From Candidatus Omnitrophota bacterium (GTDB lineage: Bacteria > Omnitrophota > Gorgyraeia > JAFGHF01), in assembly GCA_020341815.1 (NCBI GenBank), contig CP070837.1, positions 780,954-844,953 of the forward strand: a DNA stretch of 64,000 nucleotides. Reading direction: 5' to 3'. The first letter of the stretch is position 1. Every line of letters starts with the position of its first letter. The notes under the pieces were generated by a model. It had not been told where the DNA came from, searched no databases, and saw only the letters and a program-made list of their open reading frames with translations. Both the position numbers and the translations under genes were made by a program. Shown here one piece after another: positions 1-8,735 of this stretch.

Positions 1-1483
1 GACCTCTCAAAAAACCTATTTCTTGAATTGTATTATAAAAGCTAACTCCCGAGACTCTCATATCAGGATGCTCATCGGTCAGTTCTCCGCCCACAAAGAC
101 CTCTGTTTCCCTGGCCTCTGTTACCCTGCCAGCCAGATAAATCGCAATGCCTATTATAATTCCCGCCAGAAGAAGAGCCGTAGCCAGATTCACATTCCAT
201 ATACCTAAGAACTCTACACTTTGTCCTATACTCGGAACAATAAACGCCCCCAGCGGCATGCGATAGGCAAATACTCCGAAGATAATGCACAATAGCGCAA
301 GAAAAGCCGAAGGCATCCATATTGCCGGACTCGTTTCTTTCCCTAAAGGCAGCAGCTTCTGGTCTCTGACTTGCGAAGAAGTCTGCCCCAAAAACACGGT
401 GTGAACTAATTTCATAAAACTGGCTAGCGTCAAGGCGCTGCCAAACAGAGCCGCCACCAGCCAGACTATCCAGAGATATCCTCCATTTGAGGCCGTCTTT
501 ATTATACCCTGATAAACCAGCCATTTTGAAGCAAATCCATTAAAAGGCGGCACACCCGATATGGCCAGGGAAGCTATTAAAAATGAAACAAAAGTAATAG
601 GCATAAACTTAACAAAACCGCCTAAATTATCTAAATTGGTGGTTCCGCTTTTCTTTTCTACGGCCCCGCCCGATAAGAATAAACAGGACTTATACACCGC
701 ATTGTTAAGCATATGAAACAAGCCTCCGGCAATACCTATGGGATTGCCCGTTCCGATACCCAAGACCATATACCCTACCTGACTGACTGCATGATATCCC
801 AATAGACGCTTTAAATCGTGTTGGATAAGTGCCATCATTACTGCGGCCACTATAGTAAAACTTCCCACGGCCATCAAGAGGGTATTCATCGCGCTATTCA
901 TCTGAAACAAATCCAGAGAAATCCTGGCCAGAAAATATATTCCCAGTAGCTTATCCAGAGATGCCGGCAAATACGCGGTAACAGGCGTGGGGGCGTCTTC
1001 CGCCGTATCGGGAATCCAGGTATGAAGCGGCATTGCTCCGGCCTTGGCAAATGCACCGGCGGCAAAACACAGGTATGCCCAGACTGCCGGCTTAGAGGTT
1101 AAGGCTATGCTTATTTTATCCATCTGGAGCGTCCCGGTGAGTTGACCTACAAAAGCCAATCCCAAAATCATCAGGGCATCCGCTGCACCGATTATAATAA
1201 ATGTCTTCTTGGCCGTATAAAGAGTATTTTCCTTCTGCCCGAAACCAATCAGCAAGTAGAGAAGCAACCCCAGAAATCCCCAGAATACCATAAACAAAAT
1301 AAGATTATTTGAAAACACCGCGCCCAATGAAGACAGTAAAGTAAGCACAAGATAGGAATAATAGCGCCAAAGACCTTTTCTTCCCCGCATAAAGGCGGAT
1401 GAATAAAAAATAATCAAGAGAGAAAAGATACCGATGAATATTCCTACAAAATTGGAGAGATTGTCAAATCTAAAAAACTGCAT
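1..1483 (-). CDS. Antiporter-like membrane subunit of energy-converting hydrogenase (NuoL/M/N - Mrp - HyfB/EchA family); C-terminus lies beyond the window start
   Basis: Minus-strand frame open from ATG at 1483..1481 to the window edge; absent from the ORF track because it has no in-window stop. Hand translation begins MQFFRFDNLSNFVGIFIGIF and contains AYLCFAAGAFAKAGAMPLH, the conserved motif of complex I/Mrp antiporter-like subunits. Start overlaps the stop of the upstream large subunit (TGATG). Confidence 0.75.
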   Translation of the reverse strand, partial: MQFFRFDNLSNFVGIFIGIFSLLIIFYSSAFMRGRKGLWRYYSYLVLTLLSSLGAVFSNNLILFMVFWGFLGLLLYLLIGFGQKENTLYTAKKTFIIIGAADALMILGLAFVGQLTGTLQMDKISIALTSKPAVWAYLCFAAGAFAKAGAMPLHTWIPDTAEDAPTPVTAYLPASLDKLLGIYFLARISLDLFQMNSAMNTLLMAVGSFTIVAAVMMALIQHDLKRLLGYHAVSQVGYMVLGIGTGNPIGIAGGLFHMLNNAVYKSCLFLSGGAVEKKSGTTNLDNLGGFVKFMPITFVSFLIASLAISGVPPFNGFASKWLVYQGIIKTASNGGYLWIVWLVAALFGSALTLASFMKLVHTVFLGQTSSQVRDQKLLPLGKETSPAIWMPSAFLALLCIIFGVFAYRMPLGAFIVPSIGQSVEFLGIWNVNLATALLLAGIIIGIAIYLAGRVTEARETEVFVGGELTDEHPDMRVSGVSFYNTIQEIGFLRG

Positions 1484-2664
1484 CAATACCCCATCTTCTT
1501 TCTTAGTTTTTCGGTCTTTGCCTGCGAAAGCTTAACCAGCTCTTCGCCATTATAAAGTTTTTTGCCTTTGGTAGTACGCACGGCCATTCTTTCGGTGCAG
1601 CAGTAACAGGGGTCGATGGCCGCTAAAATTATAGTTGCGTCCGAGATAGTCTCACCCACCACAGTAGCCTTATATGTGGGCAGGTTCATAAATGTAGGCG
1701 CCCTGACCTTATGGCGCACGGGTCTATTTGTGCCGTCACTCCTTATATAATGGAAGGTCTCTCCCCGGGGTGCCTCGATATGGCCGATGCCTTCCCCTGC
1801 GGGGATATTCTTTAGCTTCAGGTCTATCTCTCCCGCAGGCAGATTAAGCAGGCAATATTTAATTATCTTTATGGACTCGAAAGTCTCCAGTATCCTTACT
1901 ACCGCCTTATCAAAGACATCACCGTTTTGCGTAACTATCATCTTCCAGCCTATCTTATCATAGGCTCCGTAGGGTGAATCCTTTCTAACATCCCTGGCCA
2001 CCCCTGAAGCTCTTGCGGTAGGGCCAAGGGCGCTGAAATTTATAGCCTCCTCTTTGGAAAGGATACCTATTCCCTTGGTGCGGGCATGAAGCACCGGGTC
2101 GTCTATCACGGCCTTCTTCAGCATCTCAAGAGTAGGCACGATGGAATCTATCTTTTCAATAACACCTGTTATGTCTTCGGTCTTAATATCCCGTCTTACT
2201 CCCCCGGGCTTAAACATGGCATAGTTATTTCTGTTTCCGGATAAAATCTCCATTACGTCCAGAATTTCCTCTCGCAGTTTCCAGGCCCACATATATACCG
2301 TATTGTACCCCAGAAAGTGTCCGGCCAGGCCCAGCCACAAAAGATGCGAATGTATCCTTTCCCCCTCGGCAATTATCGTCCTGATATATTTTGCACGCTC
2401 AGGCACCTCAACAGGAATAATATCTTCTACTGCCCTTGTGCAGGCAAAGGGATGACTGGTGGAGCATATCCCGCAAATCCTCTCCACCAGAAATGTTGTC
2501 TGGTCAAAGCTTTTGCTTTCGGAGAGTTTCTCTATACCCCGGTGATTGTATCCCAGCTGCACATCGATATCCACAACCGTCTCGCCCTCAACGGTAAGGG
2601 TAAAAAACTCCGGCTCTTCCTGCAGCGGATGATACGGTCCTATCGGAACTATGGTTCTTCCCAT
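1483..2664 (-). CDS. [NiFe] hydrogenase group 4 large subunit (NuoD-like, EchE/MbhL type)
   Basis: Track ORF 1483..2667 (TTG); ATG at 2664 gives [13 protein letters not shown]. Contains both Ni-binding motifs: N-terminal RICGICSTSH (RxCGxCxxxH) and C-terminal DPCYCCTER (DPCxxCxxR), so it is a true hydrogenase rather than a cysteine-less NuoD. Start overlaps upstream stop (TGATG). Confidence 0.85.
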   Translation of the reverse strand: MGRTIVPIGPYHPLQEEPEFFTLTVEGETVVDIDVQLGYNHRGIEKLSESKSFDQTTFLVERICGICSTSHPFACTRAVEDIIPVEVPERAKYIRTIIAEGERIHSHLLWLGLAGHFLGYNTVYMWAWKLREEILDVMEILSGNRNNYAMFKPGGVRRDIKTEDITGVIEKIDSIVPTLEMLKKAVIDDPVLHARTKGIGILSKEEAINFSALGPTARASGVARDVRKDSPYGAYDKIGWKMIVTQNGDVFDKAVVRILETFESIKIIKYCLLNLPAGEIDLKLKNIPAGEGIGHIEAPRGETFHYIRSDGTNRPVRHKVRAPTFMNLPTYKATVVGETISDATIILAAIDPCYCCTERMAVRTTKGKKLYNGEELVKLSQAKTEKLRKKMGY

Positions 2665-3137
2665 CAAACTCCTCTATCTCTTATTGCGCTTTTGTCCCAT
2701 TCTTTATAATCGCCTCTTAAAGGATGAACTCCTTCGGGCCACGCCTCAGGTAAAAGAAGCCTTCTTAAATCGGGATGTCCCCGGAAATGTATCCCTAAAA
2801 GCTCATACATTTCTCTTTCTATCCAGTTTGCCGCCTCAAAGAGAGGGGCGAGTGAGTCTATTTCCAGCTTTGGTTTTGGCAGTTTTACCCGTAGAGAAAT
2901 AAGCAGGTTTATATCTTCAATAGTAAAATGATAGAGAATCTCCATATGATATCTTGCGTCTATCCCTGAGGCAATGTTGAACCTTGCCTTCAAGTCGCCA
3001 AAGATGTAACCGGCGACCTTAGTAATTGCTGAGGGCTTAATCTCAATATACACCCTCCTGGCGGATTTATCCAAAACCTCGATTATCTCTTCGGCAAATC
3101 TCTCTTTTATATCATTTAAGACTTCTTCTCTGGTCAT
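2664..3137 (-). CDS. NuoC-like subunit of energy-converting hydrogenase (EchD/MbhK, 30 kDa subunit family)
   Basis: 157 aa [17 protein letters not shown]...; size and position between small and large subunit genes; ATG start, 4-nt gap to upstream gene. Confidence 0.7.
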   Translation of the reverse strand: MTREEVLNDIKERFAEEIIEVLDKSARRVYIEIKPSAITKVAGYIFGDLKARFNIASGIDARYHMEILYHFTIEDINLLISLRVKLPKPKLEIDSLAPLFEAANWIEREMYELLGIHFRGHPDLRRLLLPEAWPEGVHPLRGDYKEWDKSAIRDRGV

Positions 3138-3141
3138 TTTT

Positions 3142-3564
3142 CTACTTCTTTTTAATTTTCTCTATCAATTTAACCACGCCGGCAATAATCGCCTCCGGCT
3201 TGGGCGGACAGCCGGGAATATAAACATCCACAGGGATAATCTTATCCAGCGGCAGGGGGCAATTATAACTATGGATGAACATACCGCGGGACAAGGAACA
3301 TTCTCCTATCGCCACCACAAGACAGGGCTTGGGCGCCTGCTCATATAACCTCTTTAATCTGACAACCGACTGGCGGTTACAGGAGCCGGTAATCAAAAGC
3401 ACATCGGCGTGCTTGATACTGGGGGCCAGAAGCATCCCGAATCTTTCAATATCAAATCTCGGCGTAAGGCAGTCCAGTATCTCTATATCACAGTTATTGC
3501 AGCTGCCCGTAGATAAGTGAAATACCCAGGGAGATTTTAATAATGCCTTCAGCTTCAAGCTCAT
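3142..3564 (-). CDS. [NiFe] hydrogenase group 4 small subunit (NuoB-like, EchC/MbhJ type)
   Basis: 140 aa; cysteine ligands for a proximal Fe-S cluster (GSCNNCD ... GEC ... GCPP), typical of NuoB/HycG-type small subunits. Confidence 0.8.
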   Translation of the reverse strand: MSLKLKALLKSPWVFHLSTGSCNNCDIEILDCLTPRFDIERFGMLLAPSIKHADVLLITGSCNRQSVVRLKRLYEQAPKPCLVVAIGECSLSRGMFIHSYNCPLPLDKIIPVDVYIPGCPPKPEAIIAGVVKLIEKIKKK

Positions 3565-3575
3565 ATCTTTATCCT

Positions 3576-4499
3576 TTACAAACCTTTTAAAGCCAGCAAA
3601 ACTGCTGCGGCGGCAATAATGGTCAAAGGTCCCCAGAAGAACCTTACCGCCTGGTCAATCCTGACACGGGGATTGGTATTCCTTATTACCGTAATCAAGG
3701 CAACCAGGCCCACAACCTTCAGCAGGCCGTTTAAAAGATGCAAACCGTCAGATCTTAAACCGCCCATAAATATAATTGCCAGAAAAAAGGGCAGCGTAAA
3801 CAAAAGCATATTCTTCATCAATCTATAAATGCCTAAGGCGCTGCCGGAATACTCTACCAAGGGGCCGGAGACAATTTCTGTCTCGGCCTCAGGGATATCA
3901 AAAGGAACCAGGGCCAGCTTTGCCTGCACACAAAAAACAGCCACCACCAAAGCTAAAGTTCCGGAGAGGCTTCCCGTAATAGCCCCGTTTTGGGTCTGAT
4001 AAGCCAGAATCTCTGCCAGTCTTATGGAAAAGCCGGATTTTATTACCGGCACAAACACCGCAAGCACAAAAGGGAGCTCATAACCTAAGATAAGCTTCAT
4101 CTCCCGCGAGGCCCCCAGGCTTGCTAAGGGGTTTCGCGAGGCAAAGCCACCCATTATTATACTGATAGAAGGGATAGTCAATAGATATAATACCACTATC
4201 AAATCCCCTAAGAATGTATCGCCCGAGCCGAGATTATTTATCCATAATAAAGTAGCTACCAGGATTACGCTGGTCAAGCCCGCAACAGGGGCCATCAAGA
4301 AGGTTGCCCTTGAGGCGCCCCGGGGGATAAGTGTTTCTTTGCCTAAGAGTTTTACGATATCGATTAAAGGTTGTAAAATGGGCGGACCCACGCGATATTG
4401 TACCCTGGCGGTAACCTTTCTATCCACCCAGCTGGCCAAGAGGCCTATAATAGCCGTTAACAAAAACCCATAAAAAATAAAATACAATATGTATATCAT
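3576..4499 (-). CDS. NuoH-like integral membrane subunit of energy-converting hydrogenase (EchB/HycD type)
   Basis: 307 aa polytopic membrane protein (MIYILYFIFYGFLLTAIIGLLASW...RVQYRVGPP...), NuoH/HycD family signature; ATGA overlap with upstream ferredoxin gene. Confidence 0.8.
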   Translation of the reverse strand: MIYILYFIFYGFLLTAIIGLLASWVDRKVTARVQYRVGPPILQPLIDIVKLLGKETLIPRGASRATFLMAPVAGLTSVILVATLLWINNLGSGDTFLGDLIVVLYLLTIPSISIIMGGFASRNPLASLGASREMKLILGYELPFVLAVFVPVIKSGFSIRLAEILAYQTQNGAITGSLSGTLALVVAVFCVQAKLALVPFDIPEAETEIVSGPLVEYSGSALGIYRLMKNMLLFTLPFFLAIIFMGGLRSDGLHLLNGLLKVVGLVALITVIRNTNPRVRIDQAVRFFWGPLTIIAAAAVLLALKGL

Positions 4500-5002
4500 G
4501 CCTTTTCTCTATCCCAGTGCGTAGAATGGACGATAAGATTATCCCCAACAAGAAAGGTGTGCTCATTCAGCTTCAAATCGGCATCTTTCAAACTCAGCGC
4601 CCCGTAAGGACAACTCTGGATGCAAAGCGGATCACTAAGCCAGGCCCTTCTGTCCAGGCAAAAATCACAACTATGCGTCAATAAAGGAACCAGCTCCGGA
4701 TATATCGTGCCGTAAGGGCAGGCATGACTGCAGGATTTGCAACTTACGCAGCGCATATTGTGCCTGGTGAGAAGTTTTTCCTTATCTTCCTGCTCCTCAA
4801 GCGCCTCTACCGGACAGGCATTGACGCAATGCGGCTCCTCACACCTGCGGCAGACCAGATAATATGTAGCCACTTCCGCCACCGAAACGATTCCGTTATT
4901 CCCGGGATGATAAAAATAACTGCATTTTACGACACACTCTTCGCATTCGCCGCTAGCACAAACATCCAGATCAATAAACAAGCGTTTATCTTTAGCGCCC
5001 AT
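4496..5002 (-). CDS. 4Fe-4S ferredoxin-type subunit (HycB/EchF-like)
   Basis: 168 aa with several CxxCxxCxxxCP-type clusters (CVSCKSCSHACP, CDFC...CIQSCP). Confidence 0.7.
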   Translation of the reverse strand: MGAKDKRLFIDLDVCASGECEECVVKCSYFYHPGNNGIVSVAEVATYYLVCRRCEEPHCVNACPVEALEEQEDKEKLLTRHNMRCVSCKSCSHACPYGTIYPELVPLLTHSCDFCLDRRAWLSDPLCIQSCPYGALSLKDADLKLNEHTFLVGDNLIVHSTHWDREKA

Positions 5003-5003
5003 A

Positions 5004-5822
5004 TCAGTCCCAGATATTAGGAAAGTTTTTTATCTTAGAATATTTAAAAACAGGCCCGTCTTTACAGGCATAATAAATCCCCAGACGGCAATGGCCGCAC
5101 TTTCCGATGCCGCAGGACATATTCTTTTCCATAGAAAGATAGATATTCTCTTCTTTAAAGCCCATCTCCTGTAGTTTCCTAGTGGCGAATTTCATCATTA
5201 CCGGCGGGCCGCAGACAATAGCAATGCCTGATGCGTAATCCATATCTACATCATCTAAAATAGTAGTAACCAGCCCCACATGACCCTGCCAGCTTTCATC
5301 CCCGGCATCAACCGTCAGCTTCAAATTCAGGTCTTTTCTTTCCCGCCACTTCTCTGTCTCGCTTCTATATACAAGCTCACGGGGCGTTTTACAACCCCCT
5401 CTAAAAAATAACTTCTTAAACTCATCCGAACGCTCCAGCAAAGAATACATCAGGCTTCTTAAAGGGGCAAAGCCGCATCCGCCTCCCACAACCAATAGCT
5501 CTTTGCCTTTAAAATCATCCAGGGGATAACCTTTGCCAAAAGGCCCGCGCAGACCCACGATATCGCCTTTTTTAAGCTGGTGAATCCTCTCGGTAACCCT
5601 GCCCACCTTCATTACGGTCACTTCCATAGTATCTTTCACCGAAGGCCTTGATGAAGGGGTAAAAGGGGCCTCGCCTACTCCGGGAATAGTCAATTCTATA
5701 AATTGACCGGTGGCAAAGGAAATTTCTTCTTTGGGTTTAAGCTTGATTGTCTTTATGGTCGGGGTCTCTGTGGTAACTTCGAGGACCTTTGTCTCTATGG
5801 GGCTGTAAGGATTATTGGGCAT
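5004..5822 (-). CDS. FAD/NAD(P)-binding ferredoxin-reductase-like subunit with C-terminal [2Fe-2S] motif (AsrB / sulfhydrogenase gamma HydG-like)
   Basis: 272 aa; FNR-like barrel plus GGGCGFAP nucleotide-binding motif and C-terminal CGIGKCGHC cluster, as in PyrK/AsrB/HydG proteins. Confidence 0.75.
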   Translation of the reverse strand: MPNNPYSPIETKVLEVTTETPTIKTIKLKPKEEISFATGQFIELTIPGVGEAPFTPSSRPSVKDTMEVTVMKVGRVTERIHQLKKGDIVGLRGPFGKGYPLDDFKGKELLVVGGGCGFAPLRSLMYSLLERSDEFKKLFFRGGCKTPRELVYRSETEKWRERKDLNLKLTVDAGDESWQGHVGLVTTILDDVDMDYASGIAIVCGPPVMMKFATRKLQEMGFKEENIYLSMEKNMSCGIGKCGHCRLGIYYACKDGPVFKYSKIKNFPNIWD

Positions 5823-6843
5823 TGCCTACCAGTTTTTTGAGAACCTTTCTGATGTCTATCTTTGCCGGACACGCCGAGATACAGCGGCCGCAGCCTGTGC
5901 AGGCATAGATATCGGCTACCTTGGGGAAAAAATCAAATTTTTTTTCAAACCTGTTTCTTAATCTCATCCATAACTTCGGCCGGGGATTGGCCCCGCCGGC
6001 AACCTCGGCAAAATCCTTTATCATACACGAATCCCAGATGCGCAGGCGCGCCATATGCTGCGGGCTTTTCTGGTCATATAGGAGAAAGCAATGGCAGGTC
6101 GGACAGATAGTATTGCATGCCCCGCACTCTACGCAAGTCTTGGCTTCATCTTTCCAGATGTCCGACTCATATTTCTTCTCAATTATGCCTTTATATGATT
6201 CCTGATGTGGAATATCGTTTTCCTTAATATTATCCTCTACCTTTTTGGCTACCCAGTTCCTTTGCCCGTCTCTTTCGGAAAGGGCCTCATCAGGCATCTC
6301 TTCAAAGAGCGAGGAATGTTTATCGATAAGCGTTTCTCCTTTTTGTGAACCCACCTCCACAAGAAAACCTTCCTTGCCCTGAGAAAGATTAATATCAAAG
6401 TTCTCTCTGGGGTAAGGCTGAATACCTAAGGCCATACAAAAGCAGGTCTCGATGGCAGAGGTGCAGTCTGCGGATATAATAAGGTTTTGCTGGCGATTCC
6501 TGATATAGAAAGGGTCTTTATAATCATGATTTGTGAATACATGGTCTTGAACCTTGAAGCCTTTGAGGTCGCAGGCCTTAACTCCCACAATGGCAAATGG
6601 CTTGTTTGTTGAGGAAGGAACTTTATCGGTCTTGAAGTCTTCGGCAACTATTTCTCTGGCCCGCGAAAAAAAGGCCTTCAGGGGTTCATATGCTCTGACC
6701 TCGCCAATTACAACATTATCCGAAGATTGATTAAACTTTTTATAAAAACGCTGCTTATCCTTTTTAACAGGAACATAGACCTCATAATCGGCCTGTAATG
6801 CCTCGAGCAGCTTAACAAAATTATTTTTGGAAATATAATGCAT
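5812..6843 (-). CDS. Fe-S subunit, AsrA / sulfhydrogenase beta (HydB)-like
   Basis: 343 aa with C-terminal cysteine clusters CVECGACNTICPTCHC and CTGCGRCISACP; partner of the FNR-like subunit directly downstream (11-nt overlap). Confidence 0.65.
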   Translation of the reverse strand: MHYISKNNFVKLLEALQADYEVYVPVKKDKQRFYKKFNQSSDNVVIGEVRAYEPLKAFFSRAREIVAEDFKTDKVPSSTNKPFAIVGVKACDLKGFKVQDHVFTNHDYKDPFYIRNRQQNLIISADCTSAIETCFCMALGIQPYPRENFDINLSQGKEGFLVEVGSQKGETLIDKHSSLFEEMPDEALSERDGQRNWVAKKVEDNIKENDIPHQESYKGIIEKKYESDIWKDEAKTCVECGACNTICPTCHCFLLYDQKSPQHMARLRIWDSCMIKDFAEVAGGANPRPKLWMRLRNRFEKKFDFFPKVADIYACTGCGRCISACPAKIDIRKVLKKLVGNAQ

Positions 6844-6844
6844 A

Positions 6845-7483
6845 TTATTTTTTCATTTCTTCTCTCTTTACCAGAAAATAAGAGAGCGTCTCCAGTTCTC
6901 TGGAGAGATCCACATCTTTTACTTTGACATTATCCGGCACAATCAGTGTCGCCGGGGCAAAGTTCAGAATACATTCCACTCCTGCCTTAATCAACTTATC
7001 CGCCACTCCTTGAGCCTCTTTCGCCGGCACGGCTATAATGCCGATAGATATCTTTTTTGCCGGGATTGCTCTGGAAAGCTCATCTATGGACTGAACAACA
7101 ATATCTTTTACCTGCTTGCCTATTTTCCTGGCATCCACATCAAAGGCCGCTACTATATTCAGTCCGCGCTCCTTAAGTCCCGGATAAGCCAGAAGCGCCG
7201 AACCCAGATGCCCCGCCCCTACAACCGCAACATTCCAGGTACTGTCTTTTCCCAGTATCTTCTCCAAAGCGGCTTTTAACTCATCGGTATTGTAGCCGGC
7301 GCCGCTTACACCGAATTGACCAAAGTAGCCCAGGTCCTTCCTTACCTGCGCATCGCTTAAGTTGGTCCTCTCGCCTAATTCCGCAGAAGATATGGTGTGA
7401 ATATTCATTTTGGTTAATTCACTAATTTCTCTCAAGTAAATAAAAAGACGCGAGATGACCCCTTCAGGAACCTTTTTGTTCAT
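6845..7483 (-). CDS. rex: Redox-sensing transcriptional repressor Rex
   Basis: Track ORF 6845..7615; likely start is the internal ATG at 7483 (MNKKVPEGVISRLFIYLREI...). Winged-helix N-terminus plus Rossmann motif VAVVGAGHLG, typical of Rex. Stop is 1 nt before the next gene. Confidence 0.8.
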   Translation of the reverse strand: MNKKVPEGVISRLFIYLREISELTKMNIHTISSAELGERTNLSDAQVRKDLGYFGQFGVSGAGYNTDELKAALEKILGKDSTWNVAVVGAGHLGSALLAYPGLKERGLNIVAAFDVDARKIGKQVKDIVVQSIDELSRAIPAKKISIGIIAVPAKEAQGVADKLIKAGVECILNFAPATLIVPDNVKVKDVDLSRELETLSYFLVKREEMKK

Positions 7484-7496
7484 CTGCCGCCTCTGT

Positions 7497-7514
7497 TTGT
7501 AACAATATTCACAG
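7497..7514. promoter_or_regulatory. Rex-box-like palindrome A (TTGTAACAATATTCACAG)
   Basis: Matches the Rex operator consensus TTGTGAA-N4-TTCACAA at 5/7 and 6/7 half-site positions; lies 14-31 nt upstream of the rex ATG. Confidence 0.45.
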
Positions 7515-7517
7515 ACT

Positions 7518-7535
7518 TTGTGCCACTTTTCACAA
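7518..7535. promoter_or_regulatory. Rex-box-like palindrome B (TTGTGCCACTTTTCACAA)
   Basis: Left half 5/7, right half 7/7 to TTGTGAA-N4-TTCACAA; directly adjacent to box A and just downstream of a candidate -10. Confidence 0.5.
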
Positions 7536-7564
7536 AGAATAACAAATAAAAAAGGCTTTGTCAA
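7536..7564 (-). promoter_or_regulatory. Candidate sigma70-type promoter for the rex-hydrogenase operon
   Basis: Minus strand reads TTGACA-N17-TATTCT (-35 perfect, -10 at 4/6); the Rex boxes sit immediately downstream. Confidence 0.3.
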
Positions 7565-7628
7565 GGAAAATCTGTAAGGATTTTCCGCAGACCTCGCCGC
7601 TTTTTGGCGGGGCAAAATATAATTTCTA

Positions 7629-8660
7629 TCAGCAAATCCTGCCGCCGCCTATCACAACATCCCCCTGATAAAATACTGCCGATTGGCCCGGCGCAGGCGC
7701 CCATTGGGGATGTGCAAATCTTACCTTCGCCTTTTCCTTTCCCTGCGGAATAATGCTGGCGGGTGCTGCCAGATGCAGGTATCTTATCTTAACCTCTGCC
7801 TCAAGATGCGCCTCTAACCTACCTCCATATATAAAACTTACATTATCGACAATTAATTCATCTTTATAAAGTTCTTGCTTGAGCCCTACCACGATACTGT
7901 TATTTTCCCTATCGATAGAACTTACATATAAAGGCTCTTTATGGGAGAGGCCTATCCCCTTGCGCTGGCCGACAGTATAAAAAATAATCCCCTGATGTTC
8001 ACCGATAACCTCACCACCCTTCCTTAAGATAGGCCCGGGCCTGTAGAGCTCTTCGGGAATATATTCCTTAAGAAACTCTCCATAGCGATTATTAGGGATA
8101 AAGCATATTTCCTGGGATTCCGTGCTTTCCGCTGCCGGCAAATCTTTCTTGCGGGCAATCTCTCTTACCTGTTCCTTGGTTAAATTGCCCAGGGGCATTA
8201 AAGTCCTCTCCAGCTCTTCCTCATTCATTAAATACAGAAAATAAGACTGGTCCTTTCGGGAATCAATCCCCCTTTTAAGAAGGTGCCTTTGTCCATTATG
8301 TTCTATGCAGGTATAATGGCCGGTAGCTATATAATCTGCGCCTAAGGCCCCGGCCTTTCTAATTAACGTATCGAACTTTATATATTTATTACATCTGACA
8401 CAGGGATTGGGCGTGTGTCCTCTTTTATATTCTTCGCAGAAGTCGCTAATCACCCTCTCCTTAAATATATCCTCAAGATTCAGGACATAATGGGGTATTC
8501 CCAATCTGCGACCTTGAGCTCTTGCCTCTTCCAGTCTGGAATCTTTAGTCATCTGCATAGTCAGACCGATGACCTCAAAGCCCTCATCCTTAAGCAGACT
8601 GGCCGCAACCGATGAGTCTACGCCCCCGCTCATTGCTATAACAACTTTTTTTCGCTTCAC
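7629..8660 (-). CDS. mnmA: tRNA 2-thiouridine(34) synthase MnmA
   Basis: Track ORF starts at TTG 8708; GTG at 8660 preceded by GAGAGGT gives VKRKKVVIAMSGGVDSS, the PP-loop SGGxDS motif typical of the MnmA N-terminus. Confidence 0.85.
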   Translation of the reverse strand: MKRKKVVIAMSGGVDSSVAASLLKDEGFEVIGLTMQMTKDSRLEEARAQGRRLGIPHYVLNLEDIFKERVISDFCEEYKRGHTPNPCVRCNKYIKFDTLIRKAGALGADYIATGHYTCIEHNGQRHLLKRGIDSRKDQSYFLYLMNEEELERTLMPLGNLTKEQVREIARKKDLPAAESTESQEICFIPNNRYGEFLKEYIPEELYRPGPILRKGGEVIGEHQGIIFYTVGQRKGIGLSHKEPLYVSSIDRENNSIVVGLKQELYKDELIVDNVSFIYGGRLEAHLEAEVKIRYLHLAAPASIIPQGKEKAKVRFAHPQWAPAPGQSAVFYQGDVVIGGGRIC

Positions 8661-8735
8661 TTTAAAACCTCTCAATATAAAAAGCGCCCTTGCCCACTTC
8701 CCTTCCAATTCAAAAAGGCATCAGGCGCCTGCTTT

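Noticed and set aside
72-524. 150-aa minus-strand track ORF
   Set aside because: Lies in a different frame entirely inside the antiporter-like gene whose frame is open from 1483 to the window edge; no recognisable protein character.
6343-6362. Rex-like palindrome TTGTGAA-N6-TCCACAA inside the AsrA-like coding sequence
   Set aside because: Half-sites match well but the spacer is 6 rather than 4 nt and the site is intragenic; treated as chance unless a PWM scan says otherwise.
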